From: Selaginella moellendorffii
Lineage: Eukaryota > Plantae > Lycopodiophyta
Direction: 5' to 3'
Assembly (NCBI RefSeq): GCF_000143415.4
Contig: NW_003314300.1
Coordinates: 961,898-1,025,897, forward strand
Length of the DNA stretch: 64,000 nt
Numbering within the stretch: the stretch's first letter is position 1; each line of letters begins with the position of its first letter. The translations under genes were made by a program, and so were the position numbers. Below, piece after piece: positions 46,077-59,380 of the stretch. The notes beneath the pieces were generated by a model. It was not told the origin of the DNA and made no database searches. It was given only the letters and a program-made list of their open reading frames with translations.

Positions 46077-49000
46077 TCATAGGTGGAATGGCGGGCTTGG
46101 CGGTGGCGGCGGCGGTAGCGGTGGCGGCGGCGACGATGGTGGCAGTGGACCTCGATTATAATCTTCCTGTCCATCCTCGTGCCTCGTCAACGAAGAGCTG
46201 CTACTGTTATTGTCGTCTCGCGAGTGATTCTCGGCCCGGGGAGAAACGTCCTCCATCTCCAATTCCCCGTCCACGTCCTCCATGACCACTGGAGCTCTTG
46301 CGCCTCTGTCTCTTCGCAGATCATCATCTTCGTCGACTTGACGAACGAGGAGGCCTGGCAACTGGAAGCTCGTGTTGCTGGAGTGAAAGATCACACAGGA
46401 GTAACTCAGCCAGGAAGAACAAAGAAAGGATTACCTCCCATATTCATCGACTAGCATGTCGTCTAGACCACGTAATGGATCGTCGATCGCGCGGTCTTGC
46501 CGCTGGTACTGCCGCTGCGTTGTGTTTAGTCCTGCTTCCAGCTTCGCCATGGTGTCTTTCAGCAGCGATTCTTGCATGATATCCCTCTTGAGCCAGAGAC
46601 TCACCACCTAGGAAGAAATCAATTACTACGAGAAGCTGGCGAACTAAACAAAAAGAAATAAAGTTCTCGCACCAACCTTGACACATTGCTGACGGTTCTC
46701 CGATGGACTGTTTGGGGGCGCTACTGCCGACAGAAAGCGAACCAAGCACGCCTCCACAATGTGGGCATAGCCGCGTCCGGATGTTCCTGAGGCGACTCCA
46801 GACAAAGTCAGCACAGGGACGAACAACAAAGAAAGCATTTCACACACCTTTCTGATGATAGTATTGCGTCAAGGAGTCTACCAGGAATAAGACATCCACT
46901 CGCTTTTTGTGATCCCGCTCGTTCTTAAGCTTGCGCATGATTACGTCCATCACCTGTGCATAGAAGCTCGTCAACTTGAAACGAAAAGTGAGAATGAGAC
47001 TGTGCACCTTTTTCCCGAGGCCTTTATTCGCACACTCCATAGCAAAGCGGGTTGCCTTGGAGATGCTCTCTTTCGACCGTGTGAGAGTTTCCAACATGCC
47101 TCGAAAGGTTTCCAGCTTGTCGACGCCTTTGGTCCTGAGCTGAATGTGCTTCTCGCCACTACTTCGGCGTTGAGATGGACTGGCCTTATGGTACTTATCA
47201 GAGTTGGGCCGCATAAAGAGTGGCGACTCGCGGTTTGAGGTTGTGGAGCTTGTTTGTATTCTCTGCTTCGCCTGAGCTGCAGCTTTTAGGAACTTCATAG
47301 ATGCGGAGGACGTCTCATCTTTTAGAGCTAACCGCTGCTTCATCTCCTTTGCAGCTTCATAACTGTCAGTAAAATTCAAGTCCTTAGTATGAGTTCAAGA
47401 AGAGCGAAGGCAAACAAAGAACTTACGCCGCACGAACTTTGTTGGTATCCTCCTCAAAGAGCTTCGGAGGTGCTGCGGCAGATACCGGAGAAAGCTCAGG
47501 CAGTTCCTTCGCTACCACAGTCACAGTCTTCTTCGTCGTCTGGACGGCTTTCGTTTGGCTCTCTCTTTCTCCTTTCACCCTCTTGTCCAGGGAATCGAAG
47601 TCTTCACGGTCCACTCTCAAAAACTTCTGCCGCTTGGACGGTGGCAAAGTTTCGTCCTTCCTGTCCCTGTGCTTATCCCTTCTCTTCACATCATCTTCAG
47701 AGTCGACCTTCCGTTTCTTTGTAGCATCCGAATCAGTACGCCTAAGCTTCTCATTTTTAGAATTCTTCCCATCGGAAACATCCGCCTTCGATTTCTTCAG
47801 CAGTTTCTTCTCCAGCTTCTCAGTGTTCTTCGTGTCAAGTTTTGTATGCGCTTTCAAAGATTCGCCACTTGGCTGTCCTTTGTCGTCCTTATATTCTTTC
47901 CCACCATCTTGTTTCTTTTCTGATTTTTCACCACTTTTTACCGCCCTCTTCCTCCTCTCGTATGTTTTCAGGATCTTCGCTTCCACCACAATAGCAAGAG
48001 GCGAGACTCCTGCATCTGGTTCCGACTCGGGATTGTTCAGGCCAACGCCTTCTCTGTCATCCAGATTCTCATTTCCCGCTGTCACATTCTCTGTCTCTGC
48101 TCCGAAGCGTTCTCCGCCATCCAGCTCCCTCGTGACATTTTCCTTTTCAGCTTTAGCTTCAGATCCTTCTCTCTCATCCAGCTTCTCGGTGGCATTCTCT
48201 CTCTCAGCTTCAAATCTTTCTCTTTCATCCACCTCTTCATGTATTCTGTCCCTCGCAGCTTCAAATCCTTGCCTAGTTTCCATCTTTTCATCTTTGTCCA
48301 CGGCATCTTCAGCTTTCTCGATCTGCTCTGACACCGTCTTTGCATTATCCTCCACGGACAGACACCTTGAGTTATCTGCCTCGGCAGTTAGCTTATCCAG
48401 CACCAAGCACGCAGCGCTTGCAAAGCTGTTCAAAGGATCCAGCCTTTCCTCCTCACCCAGCGGTTTCGCAGAGTTTCCATCAGCCGTTTCCTCGTGTTTC
48501 CTCCCAAACTCTTGCTCGTCTACAACTTCACCTCGGTCTGTCGTATCGCCGCCAGAAGAAACTGCTGCCGCCGGACCAGCTTCACTATCCCTGCTCACAA
48601 CTCCCATCGAATCCCCACCATCGACATTCCTGGCCGGAGAATCAGTGCCACTACCTGACTGATGGTCTTCGCTCGAAACAGCTTCCGCGAGCTCCTTAGC
48701 CGCTTTTCCTCCATCTATCAGCTTTTCCTTGAAACTGTCGACATAGTCACAGATCCCTTTGACCGCAGCCTTGAAAGATTTGTGCGCAGACTTGGCCTTC
48801 TCGACGATGATGGCCCGAGCCGCAGGTGTAAACTCCGAGACTTCTTTTCTCTGGACGAAGCCACTGAAACAACACCACGAACACAAACCGTCATAGATTT
48901 TCCTGAAAGAACTCTACGAAAGAAAGAAACTTACAGGTCGTTCGTTCCAAAATATTCCACGAAAACTTTCGAGGACTTGGGACTCATCTTGTGCTTCTCC

Positions 49001-49284
49001 GGTGTGCTCACCTAAGGAAACAAAGCGGCAAGAAAAATCTCACAACCCAGAAGCCATTTCCAGCACAATGCGGACCAAGGCAGCGCATTCCAGGCAGAAA
49101 TCACACGATTCTCATCGCAAGCAACACAATGTAGACCAGAAGAACCGAGAAAAACTCGCCATACCTTTGCTGGCCATGCCGGATAGCCCTTCACCTTCGC
49201 CAGAACCAAATCGCCAACATTCCAGGCCTTCCTGGGACCTGCTGGTGCCCCTGCCGACGCCGATTTCCTCCGACCAGGAGCCAT
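46077..49284 (-). CDS. HUA2/HULK-like PWWP plus CID (RPR) domain protein
   Basis: GDLVLAKVKGYPAWPAK (PWWP); LETLTRSKESISKATRFA...RVDVLFLVDSLTQ (CID); EDVDGELEMEDVSP and proline-rich tail. Confidence 0.85.
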
Positions 49285-49497
49285 AGCAACTAAGAACCCT
49301 AGCCTTTGCCCTAGCCCTGCTTCTCCACTATACCATAAAGAAGATAATAGCCCATAGCGAAGAAGACCCCACTCAAAACCACCAAGCAGCTGCTCGAAAA
49401 AAAATAGCTCTATGGAATTCTTGCCGCTGAGAAAGAAAAGCGTTTGATCGAAGCTCCAAACTTTTTTTTGGTTGGATCGAGAAAGATAAGAACTTGG

Positions 49498-51068
49498 CTA
49501 TGAGACGAACCATCGTTGCAAATAGGCCATGGGTGTTGCGAGAGATGGAGCGTATTGGTGGATAAGTGGGTTCACCCTTCTGCCAATAGCCGACCAAGAG
49601 CTTCGGTGATATGGTGCCGTGCTTGGAAGCGCGTACATCATTTTAAGAAGCTGCGATAAGAAATTCGAGAGCTCAGGAATTGCTAGCGAGAAAACACGAA
49701 ATCTAGAAACTTACCCTCCAGTGAACGAATGCTTGGATGATGTTTCGCTGCGGCCTGCATCATCGAAACGAGGATTTAGAGAGAAGAGAGAAAAAAGAAA
49801 CTTACGTTAGTAGCAGGATGATTAGCAAGAAACCAAGTCCGATCTCAGCGTTGGCACTGAGACTCTTCAAAAGGTTTGAGTTGGAAGCCACCCAGTTTGA
49901 TGGCTTGTCGAGATACTTTCTGGAGAATGAAAGAAAAAATTGTAAAGACCACCTCTAGGAAGATCAACGTGACAAGACCTGTAAAGTCGAGTGTTGCTGA
50001 AATTCCGTCTTAGATGGTACACTACTTGCTCCAGAGAGCGTATAGCCAAAGAAATCACAGCAACTGCGCAGACATTTCGTCCACTGAGCCTTCAGAAAGA
50101 ACAAAAGGAAGAAAGAGAGTACCTTTGAGAGGAATAGATGCTGAGACAAAAAAGAACGCGTACAAAAGATAGAGGAAGTCGTTTCCAGTAGTCTCAAAGA
50201 TTGATCGGAGCCAATCTTGCAAGCCTTGAAGATTCCAAGTCGCCGGAGCCTGAAAAATAAGATCAGGCAAACAGGACGATCGAAAAACAATCACTCTACC
50301 CCGTGCTGGTTCGCAATACAATACAAGTTAGTTGCTGCCGAGCCAAGTAGAGTTAACCTGTAAGCCTTCTCCGCTAGTGCATAAGGAAGGAAAGGAAACA
50401 TAGCCAAAACAGCCATCACTGTGACCTGCCAAAGAATCAAACGAGAAATGTTAGCGCAGGAGGATCACTTTTTCAGGATAAAACAAGTAGAACGAAAAGA
50501 TGAACAAGTTTGACATACCCAAGCATTGGCAAGGAACTGTATCGTTGGAGGATCCATTCTGAAAGAGCTCCGCGAAGCAGTAGACGCTGGTGGAGACTGC
50601 TGGCGAGTGGTCTCCGGTGGAGGCGTTGTGCTGCTGCGATCAGCTGCAAAGAGAATTCTCATTTGCTTCTAACGGAGATGGAAAGAAGAAGAAAAAACAG
50701 TACCTCCAGTCGCAGATCGTCTTTGCACTCTTGGCTCCGAGTTGGAAGACGATCTCGGGGAAGAAATCGCTGAAAGAGGATCCACAACAAGGTCCGGATC
50801 CTGGAAAAAATCACAAAACATCTCTCATCCATCAATCTCATGCTTAACGGAGATAGATTTGCAGCAAGAAAAACACTATTTTCTGAGTTCTAGATAAACT
50901 TACAACGTATCTCTGGTAGAACTTGAGCTTGAAATGCCGCAAAACCTCTGGCCTTGCGGCCAAATGCGAGGGCACAAGCACATTGGACCAGTAATCCGCC
51001 CAGCGAGGATCGCCGTCGTAGTCATACGCCACGGCCGCCTCTTTCTTGTGCTGTTGATCCTCCGTCAT
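49498..51068 (-). CDS. TMEM33/Pom33-like ER membrane protein
   Basis: AYDYDGDPRWADYWSNVLVP...HFKLKFYQRYVDPDLVV, IQFLANAW, hydrophobic exons, PQRNIIQAFVHW, ends YLQRWFVS*. Confidence 0.8.
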
Positions 51069-51164
51069 CGCGCCTGGAAGCTGAAAAAGCCCTAACCCTA
51101 AGAAGTAGCACCTTGTCCAAAGAGGTATGGACACGTAGGAAATAATTTTTAATATTTACCAATA

Positions 51165-51245
51165 GTCAGGATGGCCGAGTTGGTCTAAGGCGCTAGTTTC
51201 AGGTACTAGTCCGCAAGGGCATGGGTTCGAATCCCATTCCTGACA
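51165..51245 (+). tRNA. trnL-CAG: tRNA-Leu (CAG)
   Basis: GTCAGGA/TCCTGAC acceptor stem, A box TGGCCGAGTTGG, anticodon arm CTAGT-TTCAGGT-ACTAG, long variable arm, B box GGTTCGAATCC, downstream T runs. Confidence 0.97.
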
Positions 51246-51374
51246 AAGCTTTTGTTTTAGTCCACGTGTCTTGCGTCCGTTGGCTAGAGTTTCGCCTTTG
51301 TGTGATTAGGGTTAGGGCTTTTGCGGGGCAGCAGATGAGTAGAATGTAGCGATCGATCGGCAAGGGCGAGAGGA

Positions 51375-52920
51375 ATGTCGTGGATTTCGCGCTCCTTGAC
51401 AGGGGTTCTCAAGGACAAGGAGGACAAGGAAGAGAAGGATGAGAGTGGAGCAGAATTTTGGGACGATCCGGAGCTTTTTGAGCCGGGGCAGAGCGTGGGG
51501 GAGGATCTGGCTGAATTGCGGAAGTCTCTCACGCAATCGCTGTGGGGGGTAGCTTCTTTTCTTGCGCCGCCGCCAAAGTTACCCAGAGAAAATTCTCCCA
51601 AGGTAGAAGAGGAGACTTCTCGAGATGATTATCAGGCAAATCAAGGAGTGGAGAATGCCAGTGTTGGTATCGTTGAGAAAGAGAAGCTGAGTGGAATGCA
51701 AAGCGACTTTGCGGAACTCAAGGGAGGATTCGCGAAAGGTTTGTCGCGCTTGTCATCGGTGATCCGGGGGGATGAGTCCCGGAGCAGTGACAAGCCGGAG
51801 GGAGCTTCCCAGGATCATGGAATCGCGGGGCTGCTCAAGCCTTTGATTGACAACGTTCTCTCCAGCGACAAACCGGCCGGCCAGGTTACTCCTGTTGATG
51901 ACGAAGAAGATACCAGTCGTGGTGGTGGCGTGGAGTCGTCTTCCAAGATGGGGATTTCGGCGGCGACTCTCGTGGATGGAGTGTCCAAGCTTGCGTCAAG
52001 CTTGTTCTTGTTTGATGACGAGCCAGACGACGCCATCGAGGTCCCGGGGCTCACTGACGAGGTTGTCGCGTTTGCGAGGAACGTCTCTTTGCATCCCGAG
52101 ACGTGGCTCGACTTTCCTCTTGCCTCGGACGATGATCTTCAAAACGGTATGGGAAGTGTTTTGACATTGTTTACCTTGAGGATCGCTTAGCAGGAGAAAA
52201 AAAATCTCTTTTTTCTTGCAGGATTTGAGATGAACAGCTTCCAAAAGGACCACGCTTACGCAGTGGAGCGTGCTGCGTTGAGGCTCGCTGCCTTGAAAGT
52301 CGAGATTTGTCCCCGGCATATGAACGAGGGACGTTTTTGGAAGATTTATTTCGTCCTCGTCCATCCCCGGCTGAGCCAGGAGGATGCCGCGCTTTTGTCT
52401 ACACCACAGGTAAGAGAAGTACTTCTACTTCCACTGTACGCTTGCTACTTTCCTTCCTTTCTTTCAGGTTCTCGAGGCCCGAAAGATTCTTTTGGAACAG
52501 CTTCGTCATGAAGAAGAAGTCCAGGCTACTACTGCTACTGCTATCAAAGCCGACGATTCCCTTGTCGTGGATAAGGACGCTATCCCAAGCACAGTGAAGC
52601 TCGCGGCGGCGAAATCCTCCGAGGAGAACGAGGCGGATGAATGGCTAGACGAGGAAGCTACAGGATCAAACGCAGGGAACACCAACAAAGAGATCTCGGC
52701 GGCAGGGAACGACGAGGATGATGTTTCCTTCAGTGATCTAGAGGATGATCACGACGATGGCAGGATCCAACGCGCCGCTAAAGCCCAAGGCTGGGTGGAG
52801 CTCGACACCAAAGCAAAATCCGAGGAAGAGATCGATGAGGAGTGCGCGAAGAAACACGAGAGGATGGGATCGAACGATTGGCTAACAGTGGACAAGGAGG
52901 ATGCTGGAAACTCGGTGTAA
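51375..52920 (+). CDS. BSD domain-containing protein (3 exons)
   Basis: EVVAFARNVSLHPETWLDFP, HAYAVERAALRLAALKVEICPRHMNEGRFWKIYFVL, DDVSFSDLED, SNDWL. Confidence 0.9.
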
Positions 52921-53078
52921 ATAATCACACAAGTGGTAAATAAGCTGGTGGTATATTTGTTGTGTTGTATATGTAAACAAAGGTAAAAGCCTTGCTTTAA
53001 ATTTACAAAGAGGGTGAAAAGTATCATCTTGATCTTCCTGGGAAGAACGATAGAGACGAGAAAAAAAATTGGACTCCA

Positions 53079-53726
53079 TCACAAGTTGGAGAAGTTAAAA
53101 TCCGAGCTGAATCCTCCGCCAAGGCCATAGCCAGCCAAGGATGAGCCCTGGAGAAGCCTTGGCGAGAATGTGAAGGAGCCAGCGCGCTCGATCTTGCTGC
53201 TATCGTCGCCGCCGGCGATGAGCGCCGAGAAGGAGCTAGATTTGATCTCGGGCGATTCCAATCCGCTGGCCCAGACGCTGTCGCGCGGCGTGAGATCCGC
53301 TAGCGGCGAGAACGTGAGCGGAGCGAAGGCGAATTTGGGCGAGGAGGAGCTGAGGAGCTGCTCGAATTTGGGGCTGAGGCTGGGAGTGTAGAAGGAGGGC
53401 TTGAATGGCGAGATTGGAGGAGGAGCTAAGCCATGGAGCCTCTTGGGCTGCTGCTCCTGCTGGTGATGCTGCTGGTTGTGAGCCATCGAGGAGGAATTGG
53501 GGCCTGTGAGTTCCTGGACCAAGCTCCGGAATCCCTCGGGCTCGATCTTGTACACCGCCGGCGGTGGGCGCTGATTAGATCCAGCTCCAGCTCCAGTGCC
53601 CGCTGCCACCGCCGCTGCTGCTGACCCTCCTCGCCGGAGCTTGGCAATTCTCGTGGAGGATTTGCTGACCGAGAGCGGCCCTCTCCTGTGCGCGTGAGAC
53701 TCTTCGATGAATGTGGCGGTTGCCAT
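53079..53726 (-). CDS. VQ motif-containing protein (intronless)
   Basis: PAVYKIEPEGFRSLVQELTG (FxxxVQxLTG), RLHGLAPPP, SP-rich tail. Confidence 0.9.
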   Translation of the reverse strand: MATATFIEESHAHRRGPLSVSKSSTRIAKLRRGGSAAAAVAAGTGAGAGSNQRPPPAVYKIEPEGFRSLVQELTGPNSSSMAHNQQHHQQEQQPKRLHGLAPPPISPFKPSFYTPSLSPKFEQLLSSSSPKFAFAPLTFSPLADLTPRDSVWASGLESPEIKSSSFSALIAGGDDSSKIERAGSFTFSPRLLQGSSLAGYGLGGGFSSDFNFSNL

Positions 53727-54405
53727 TGCGCACGATCGACTTGAATTTTTCTCTATTCCCTTCAACCCTGTGAGAAGAATTCTAAGTTGAATTCCCCGCG
53801 AGGATCAAGGAAGGTGTTCTTCGCCTCTGTGGTGTGTGAAATTTGCGGTTGGGGCCTGTTCAACTGGGAGGACTATATAAACCCTAAGTCTCTTACGCTC
53901 ATCCACGCGGCGGCCATCGCGTGGCTCCAGCTGCCAGGCTGCGCCCCATCCCAGCCGTCCATCTGCTGACTCTCAGTCAAAGGCGGCCGTAAACGCGCAC
54001 GTGACAGCCCGCCAATCTTCTCAAGATCGGTAAGGCAGCTTCCGCGAAGCTTCATCCTCGGCCGCGATCCGACGATCGCCAGAAGTTCCGTGTTTCAAGC
54101 TGGACACGTGTTACGCGGAGGACTTTTGATCGCCGTTTGACCAAAACACGTGGATGACCGTAATCACAGCCGTCGGATGGACGCAAGGCATTTTCTAAGG
54201 AATATGCCGCTATGCCCTAAAACGCTCTTAGGTCTTGTCATTGTTTTTGATTTTTTACTGTTGGTTGGGCTTTGAGAGGCACTCGCCAACAGCCAAAAGG
54301 CGAAAGGTGTGTGCTCCCCTATTCCCTGTGGTTGGGATTTAGGGTTCTTAGGGCCCGGCGAGCTAGATCTGGGATGCGCTAGGCGATTCCAGGAGCGGGC
54401 GAGCA

Positions 54406-55898
54406 ATGTCGGGGGCCGGCGCCGAGGTTCTGGACCGGGATTTGCTCTTCAAGAAGCTCAAGGCGCGGCCGGAGAACAAGGTAGGGAAGTGCCCAATGCC
54501 GGCGATTCGGAGCTGACAATGTGCGAGGCTTTGGTTCTCTTGTTTTGTAGCTGTGCTTTGACTGCAATGCCAAGAATCCGTCGTGGGCCTCCACAACGTA
54601 TGGAATTTTCGTGTGCCTTGACTGCTCCTCGATGCACAGGAGCCTCGGTGTCCACATTAGCTTCGTGAGGTATGAAAGTTTCTTTGCTTGTTCTTCGTGG
54701 CTTAAAACAAAATCTCTGCTGGATCCAGGTCCACAATCCTAGACTCTTGGAGTCAAGAGCATTTAAAACTCATGGACTTTGGTGGCAATGCCCGAGCGCA
54801 GACCTTCTTTAAGCAGCATGGGTGGACCGAGAGTGGTAAGAACGAGTCCAAGTATAAGTCTAGAGCGGCTGATCTCTACAGGCAGCTTCTTGCCAAAGAA
54901 GCCGCCGCTTGTAACGGACGTTCCTCGACAAACTCCAAGGTTCCGGACGAGAAAACTAGCGATGATTCTTTCTTCTTCGACAATTTTGCTCCTCCAGCAG
55001 TAACAGCAGCAGGAGCTCCAGCTCCAATTCCGGCTGCTGCTACCACCACCACTACTGTTTCTTCAAGGAAGCCTGCGCAAGTTCTCGCAAAGAAAAACGG
55101 CGTGACCAAGTCCGGTGGCCTGGGAATCAAGAAGCTCACAGCCAAGGTACTGTTTGCCTTTCCTTTGTATGGTAGAACTTTTAACGAACTTCGTCAAAAC
55201 GTCTTTGCAGACAAATGATAGTCTTTACGACCAGAAGCCAGAAGAGATTCCTCCTGCGGTGTCCCGAGCGCCCGCTCCTGTCCCTGCGCCCCAGCCTCGA
55301 ATTGCGCGTTTTACTTGGAAAGACGAGGAGTCGTCAAAGTCCACAAATGGGCATATTTCGGCGCCATCGGCTAATGGAGACTTTTTCTCCCAGTTCTCTA
55401 ATGGAAACCACAAGTCGTCTGCTAGCACTGCCCGCTCCAAACATGTAAGTCAAGAGCATTTATTTCTCGTCGTCTCGCTAACGATCCAGATTTTGTAAGG
55501 TCGAAGAAAGCAACGAGGCACAGAAGAAGTTCGCCAACGCCAAATCGATATCGTCGTCCCAGTTTTTCAACGAAAACAAGGTCACCACCGTCGATGCTGA
55601 CAGCCAAACGCGTCTCATGAAATTCTCGGTCAGTCATGGATGTCCTTTCTGGTTTTCCATTTGACGACAGTGCCAACATTTGTGCAGAGCTCCTCGTCAA
55701 TTTCCAGCGATGATTTCTTCGAGCGCCAGAAGCGATACCAACAAGATGGCGACTCCGATCCAACCGATCTCGATCTATCCGCCGCCGACGTTGTGGCGAA
55801 ATTTTCCATGCAGGTAAACAACATCGTCATCTTCGTCTCTCCGTTCTTTATTTTACTCCTTTCTCGTGTAGGTCCTCTCAATCCTGGGAGCTAACTGA
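54406..55898 (+). CDS. ARF GTPase-activating protein (ArfGAP2/3, AGD8-10-like)
   Basis: [74 protein letters not shown]. Confidence 0.92.
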
Positions 55899-58489
55899 CG
55901 GTGGGGAGCTCGATGGAGACAATCATTATTTTATTCTTTCCCGATTCGTTGTAAAAAAAATGGATTGATTCTCAATAATTCTGGTCGAAAAGAATATTTT
56001 GTGCAGCTGCAAAGAACAGTCTTTAGATAAACAGGTGTTAGACTATTGTGCACACAGAAATATATTGGGATGAGGCATGGGATGAAGAACGAGCTGCTGG
56101 AAGTGGTGAAAGAAAACAAGATGACACAAGATTGGAGGGTATGAAAGCAACTATGAAACCATTAAGGACAATGTGAAGGAGCTCAAGGAAGCAATCAAGA
56201 GGATCTAGAATGTAGAAGTGTTAATCATGATCCAGCTCACACCAATTCAAGTAGAGGTACAAATAGAGATGAACCGAACGAGCAAAAGAGCGATTATAAG
56301 GAGAAAATCTATATTCTAATAAGCATAAAACTCAGTTGCATATCTAAATTTAAAGGTTTGTTACTATACAAAGTTCATATTAAACATAAATTTAAGAATG
56401 GTTCAAACATTTTCTAAGAAAAACACAAGAATTTTAACAAAATAAAAATAAAAACATTTCCATAGCAAATCCATGTTAATCAGTATGAATATTTCTAATA
56501 GTCAAATTTAGTTAATATCAACAAAGGTTTGAAACTTTTTGAGCAATAATAGTAAACATATAAATTTAGAGAAACAGCAAGTTCATTAGTAAGTAGTAAA
56601 AAATTTAACTTAAACCATTATTTTATTTTTAAAAAAAAACACCAAAAAACATATATAAAATTTATTTAATATTAAAAATAATAAATATTTTAGAAATAGT
56701 CATAACATTTTTTAATATATTTTACTATGTACGTAGACAAACTAGCATAAACCTTTAGAAAATATTTATTTAATGATTTCAAAATAACTGAAACAAAGTT
56801 TTGGAATTTTATATTTTTTAATAGATATTAGTTTTAGTTTAGCTCTAAGATCCAACTTTAGAAAAATAGAAATTTTGAACTCTCATGCTTAGTCATTCCT
56901 TTATTAAAATAATTTATGCAACGCATAAAAGCCATGGCCATTTTTCTTTGCTCTTCCAAAATTGCATTAACCGTTTTCCAAATCTTCTCACTCAATCCTA
57001 TAATGCTGAATTAAATCATTGCTTCATTGATCTTTAGAAGCTTCTTAGTAGCCTTTACGTGCTCTATAACTAAATCATGAAGTTCTAACCCCTTTAATTC
57101 CTTAAGGAGTTTGTTGCGAACGTCTTACATTAGCAAAGTGACTCTAAAATGTTCTCCTATTCATTCTTAGAGAATTTAGCTCATGTTAACTGACTTGTAA
57201 ATTCTTCTCTAATGTCTTTATAGAAAATTGGCTAATATAAACCCCTTGCTGTTGGTGCTACCGTAGCCAATGGCAATCTAGTTCTCCCTCTCCTTCCTAA
57301 ATGTAAATGACAAATTCAAAGGATAGCACATGGCAACTTAAATATTGAATACATAGTTCCTAAAAAGGATCTCATACTTTTCTTCCACTGTATCGAAATT
57401 TACATACATTTGCTTGAATTCAGACATTTTAAACATGCCAAGCTTTTTCGTGAATTCCAAATCATTTACGCCTTCGAATGGCTTCATTACGCACTGTAAA
57501 CATAATAACAAATAAATAAATTTATAATTAACATTAAATATAATACCAATTAAAAATATTATTTTAATTTAAAAATAGAAATATTTTTAAAATTTCTATA
57601 AATTAAAAAAATTATAAATTTTAATGTATGGAATGGAAAATATTTATATGCTTAAGCTTTTTCAATACATACCAAATGAGTTACATATACATTATTATAA
57701 AGTTAAATATGCCCTTACTTGTTCATGAATATCAATAATTTTTTTATAATTTTTTATAAAACTTTTATGTGATAATGGTGTTAATGCACAAACCAACTTT
57801 TTATATAATTAACGTATCATTTTGTTAAAAGCTAATATGTAACTAATTAAACAATATGTATATATTAATAAGATTTATAATTTATAACAACCTAAAACGT
57901 GGTTAACATCTAATTACGATAATAAAAAGATAATAAATGTGGAAAACTTTATTTGTTTCTTTAGTATCATCAATTAGAATTATTACAAAAGAATGATATC
58001 TGTAATTTAGAAAATATATTATTAAATTTTGAAAACTTAAAGTTATAGAACTTAACACCAAATACTTGCACTTTTACATAAAGTAAAGTTTTGTAAAATC
58101 ACTCAAAATAAAGTTTCTTTAGTTTATAATTTTAAAAATAAGTTGAAACCTTATTAATAAAAGTTCATGTCCCAAGTAAAATAAATAATGAATTTTTTTT
58201 AATTTAAAATAATTAATTTTTATGATTTTTTTTTAAAATTATATAATTATTTCTATAAAGTCTAGAAAAATATATAGATAATTAAATTCTATATAATAAT
58301 TATTTTATTATTGATAGCATAAGGTATTTTCTATATTTTCTTTATCAAAGTTAAAGCTTTATCTAAAACTCTATTATGTCAAAATTCCTTCAAAAAAAGT
58401 TTTTATTTTTATAATATACTAAAAACCATGTTTTAAACTAATATCAAATACCTAAGTTGGGTTTTAGGGCTCTTGGGGAAGGGGCAGAA

Positions 58490-59380
58490 ATGCGGCCCAA
58501 GAGGTATGGCGACATGGTCCGGCGGCTGGGCAAGGCGGGCAGCGAGGTGAAGGTGCGCTCCTTCATGGAGCCGTCGCGCGTGGAGCCCGGCATCGGGGTA
58601 AACATCTGGCAGGTGCTCAAGGCGCGCATGTACAAGCTCGCCCACGCCGACGTCCACGGCGATCCCACATTCCAGATGCCCCTCAGCGACGCCAAGTCCC
58701 ACCTCATGGCACAGAACTACCTGCTCCACCACTACGCCGTCCGCAACAACCTCGACCTCTCCGTGGTCAAGGACGTGCTCCTCCCGCCGCCGGAGCTCCT
58801 CAACGCGCAGCCCCCGCCGCCCGTCAAGGACGACCTCTACAAGGGCCTGCCCGTCTTTGACGGCCCCGTGCCCGTCGTGTGCCCGCGCCCCGACCACGGC
58901 AAGGAGCTCAAGGTGACCGTCTACGACCAGCTCGACGTCAAGCAGATGGTCGGGGTGGCCATGCCCATGGCGTACATTCCCATCGGGGTGTTGATCCATG
59001 GGATTGAGATGCGTCCCGGGCAGGGCGCCAAGCTCGTCCGGGCCAAGGGGACGTTCGCCAAGATCACCAAGAAGCGGACGGACAAGCCGCGGGTGGCGGT
59101 GAGGATGCCGTCCGGGAAGGAGAAGATCTTCGACTCGCGGTGCCGGGCGGTGATCGGGCCGCTCACCAATCCGAATATCGTCAAGCCCAAGATGTACAAG
59201 GCGGGGCAGAATCGGTGGAAGGGTGTCCGGCCGCATGTCCGAGGGATTGCCAAGAACCCCGTGGATCATCCGCATGGCGGGCGGACCAACGGGGGACGGC
59301 CCTCGGTGACGCCGTGGGGGAAGCCTTGCAAGTGTGGGTATAAGACGGTGAGGAAGAGGAAGCCCGGGCTCAAATATTGA
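58490..59380 (+). CDS. rpl2: Nuclear-encoded mitochondrial-type ribosomal protein L2, C-terminal half only (intronless)
   Basis: IHGIEMRPGQGAKLVRAKGT, MPSG, CRAVIG...NP, KAGQNRWKGVRPHVRG.AKNPVDHPHGG, PSVTPWGKP; no recognisable N-terminal L2 RNA-binding domain. Confidence 0.85.
   Translation: MRPKRYGDMVRRLGKAGSEVKVRSFMEPSRVEPGIGVNIWQVLKARMYKLAHADVHGDPTFQMPLSDAKSHLMAQNYLLHHYAVRNNLDLSVVKDVLLPPPELLNAQPPPPVKDDLYKGLPVFDGPVPVVCPRPDHGKELKVTVYDQLDVKQMVGVAMPMAYIPIGVLIHGIEMRPGQGAKLVRAKGTFAKITKKRTDKPRVAVRMPSGKEKIFDSRCRAVIGPLTNPNIVKPKMYKAGQNRWKGVRPHVRGIAKNPVDHPHGGRTNGGRPSVTPWGKPCKCGYKTVRKRKPGLKY

Noticed and set aside
56080-57500. Coding-like fragments in AT-rich DNA
   Set aside because: Multiple stops and no identifiable family.
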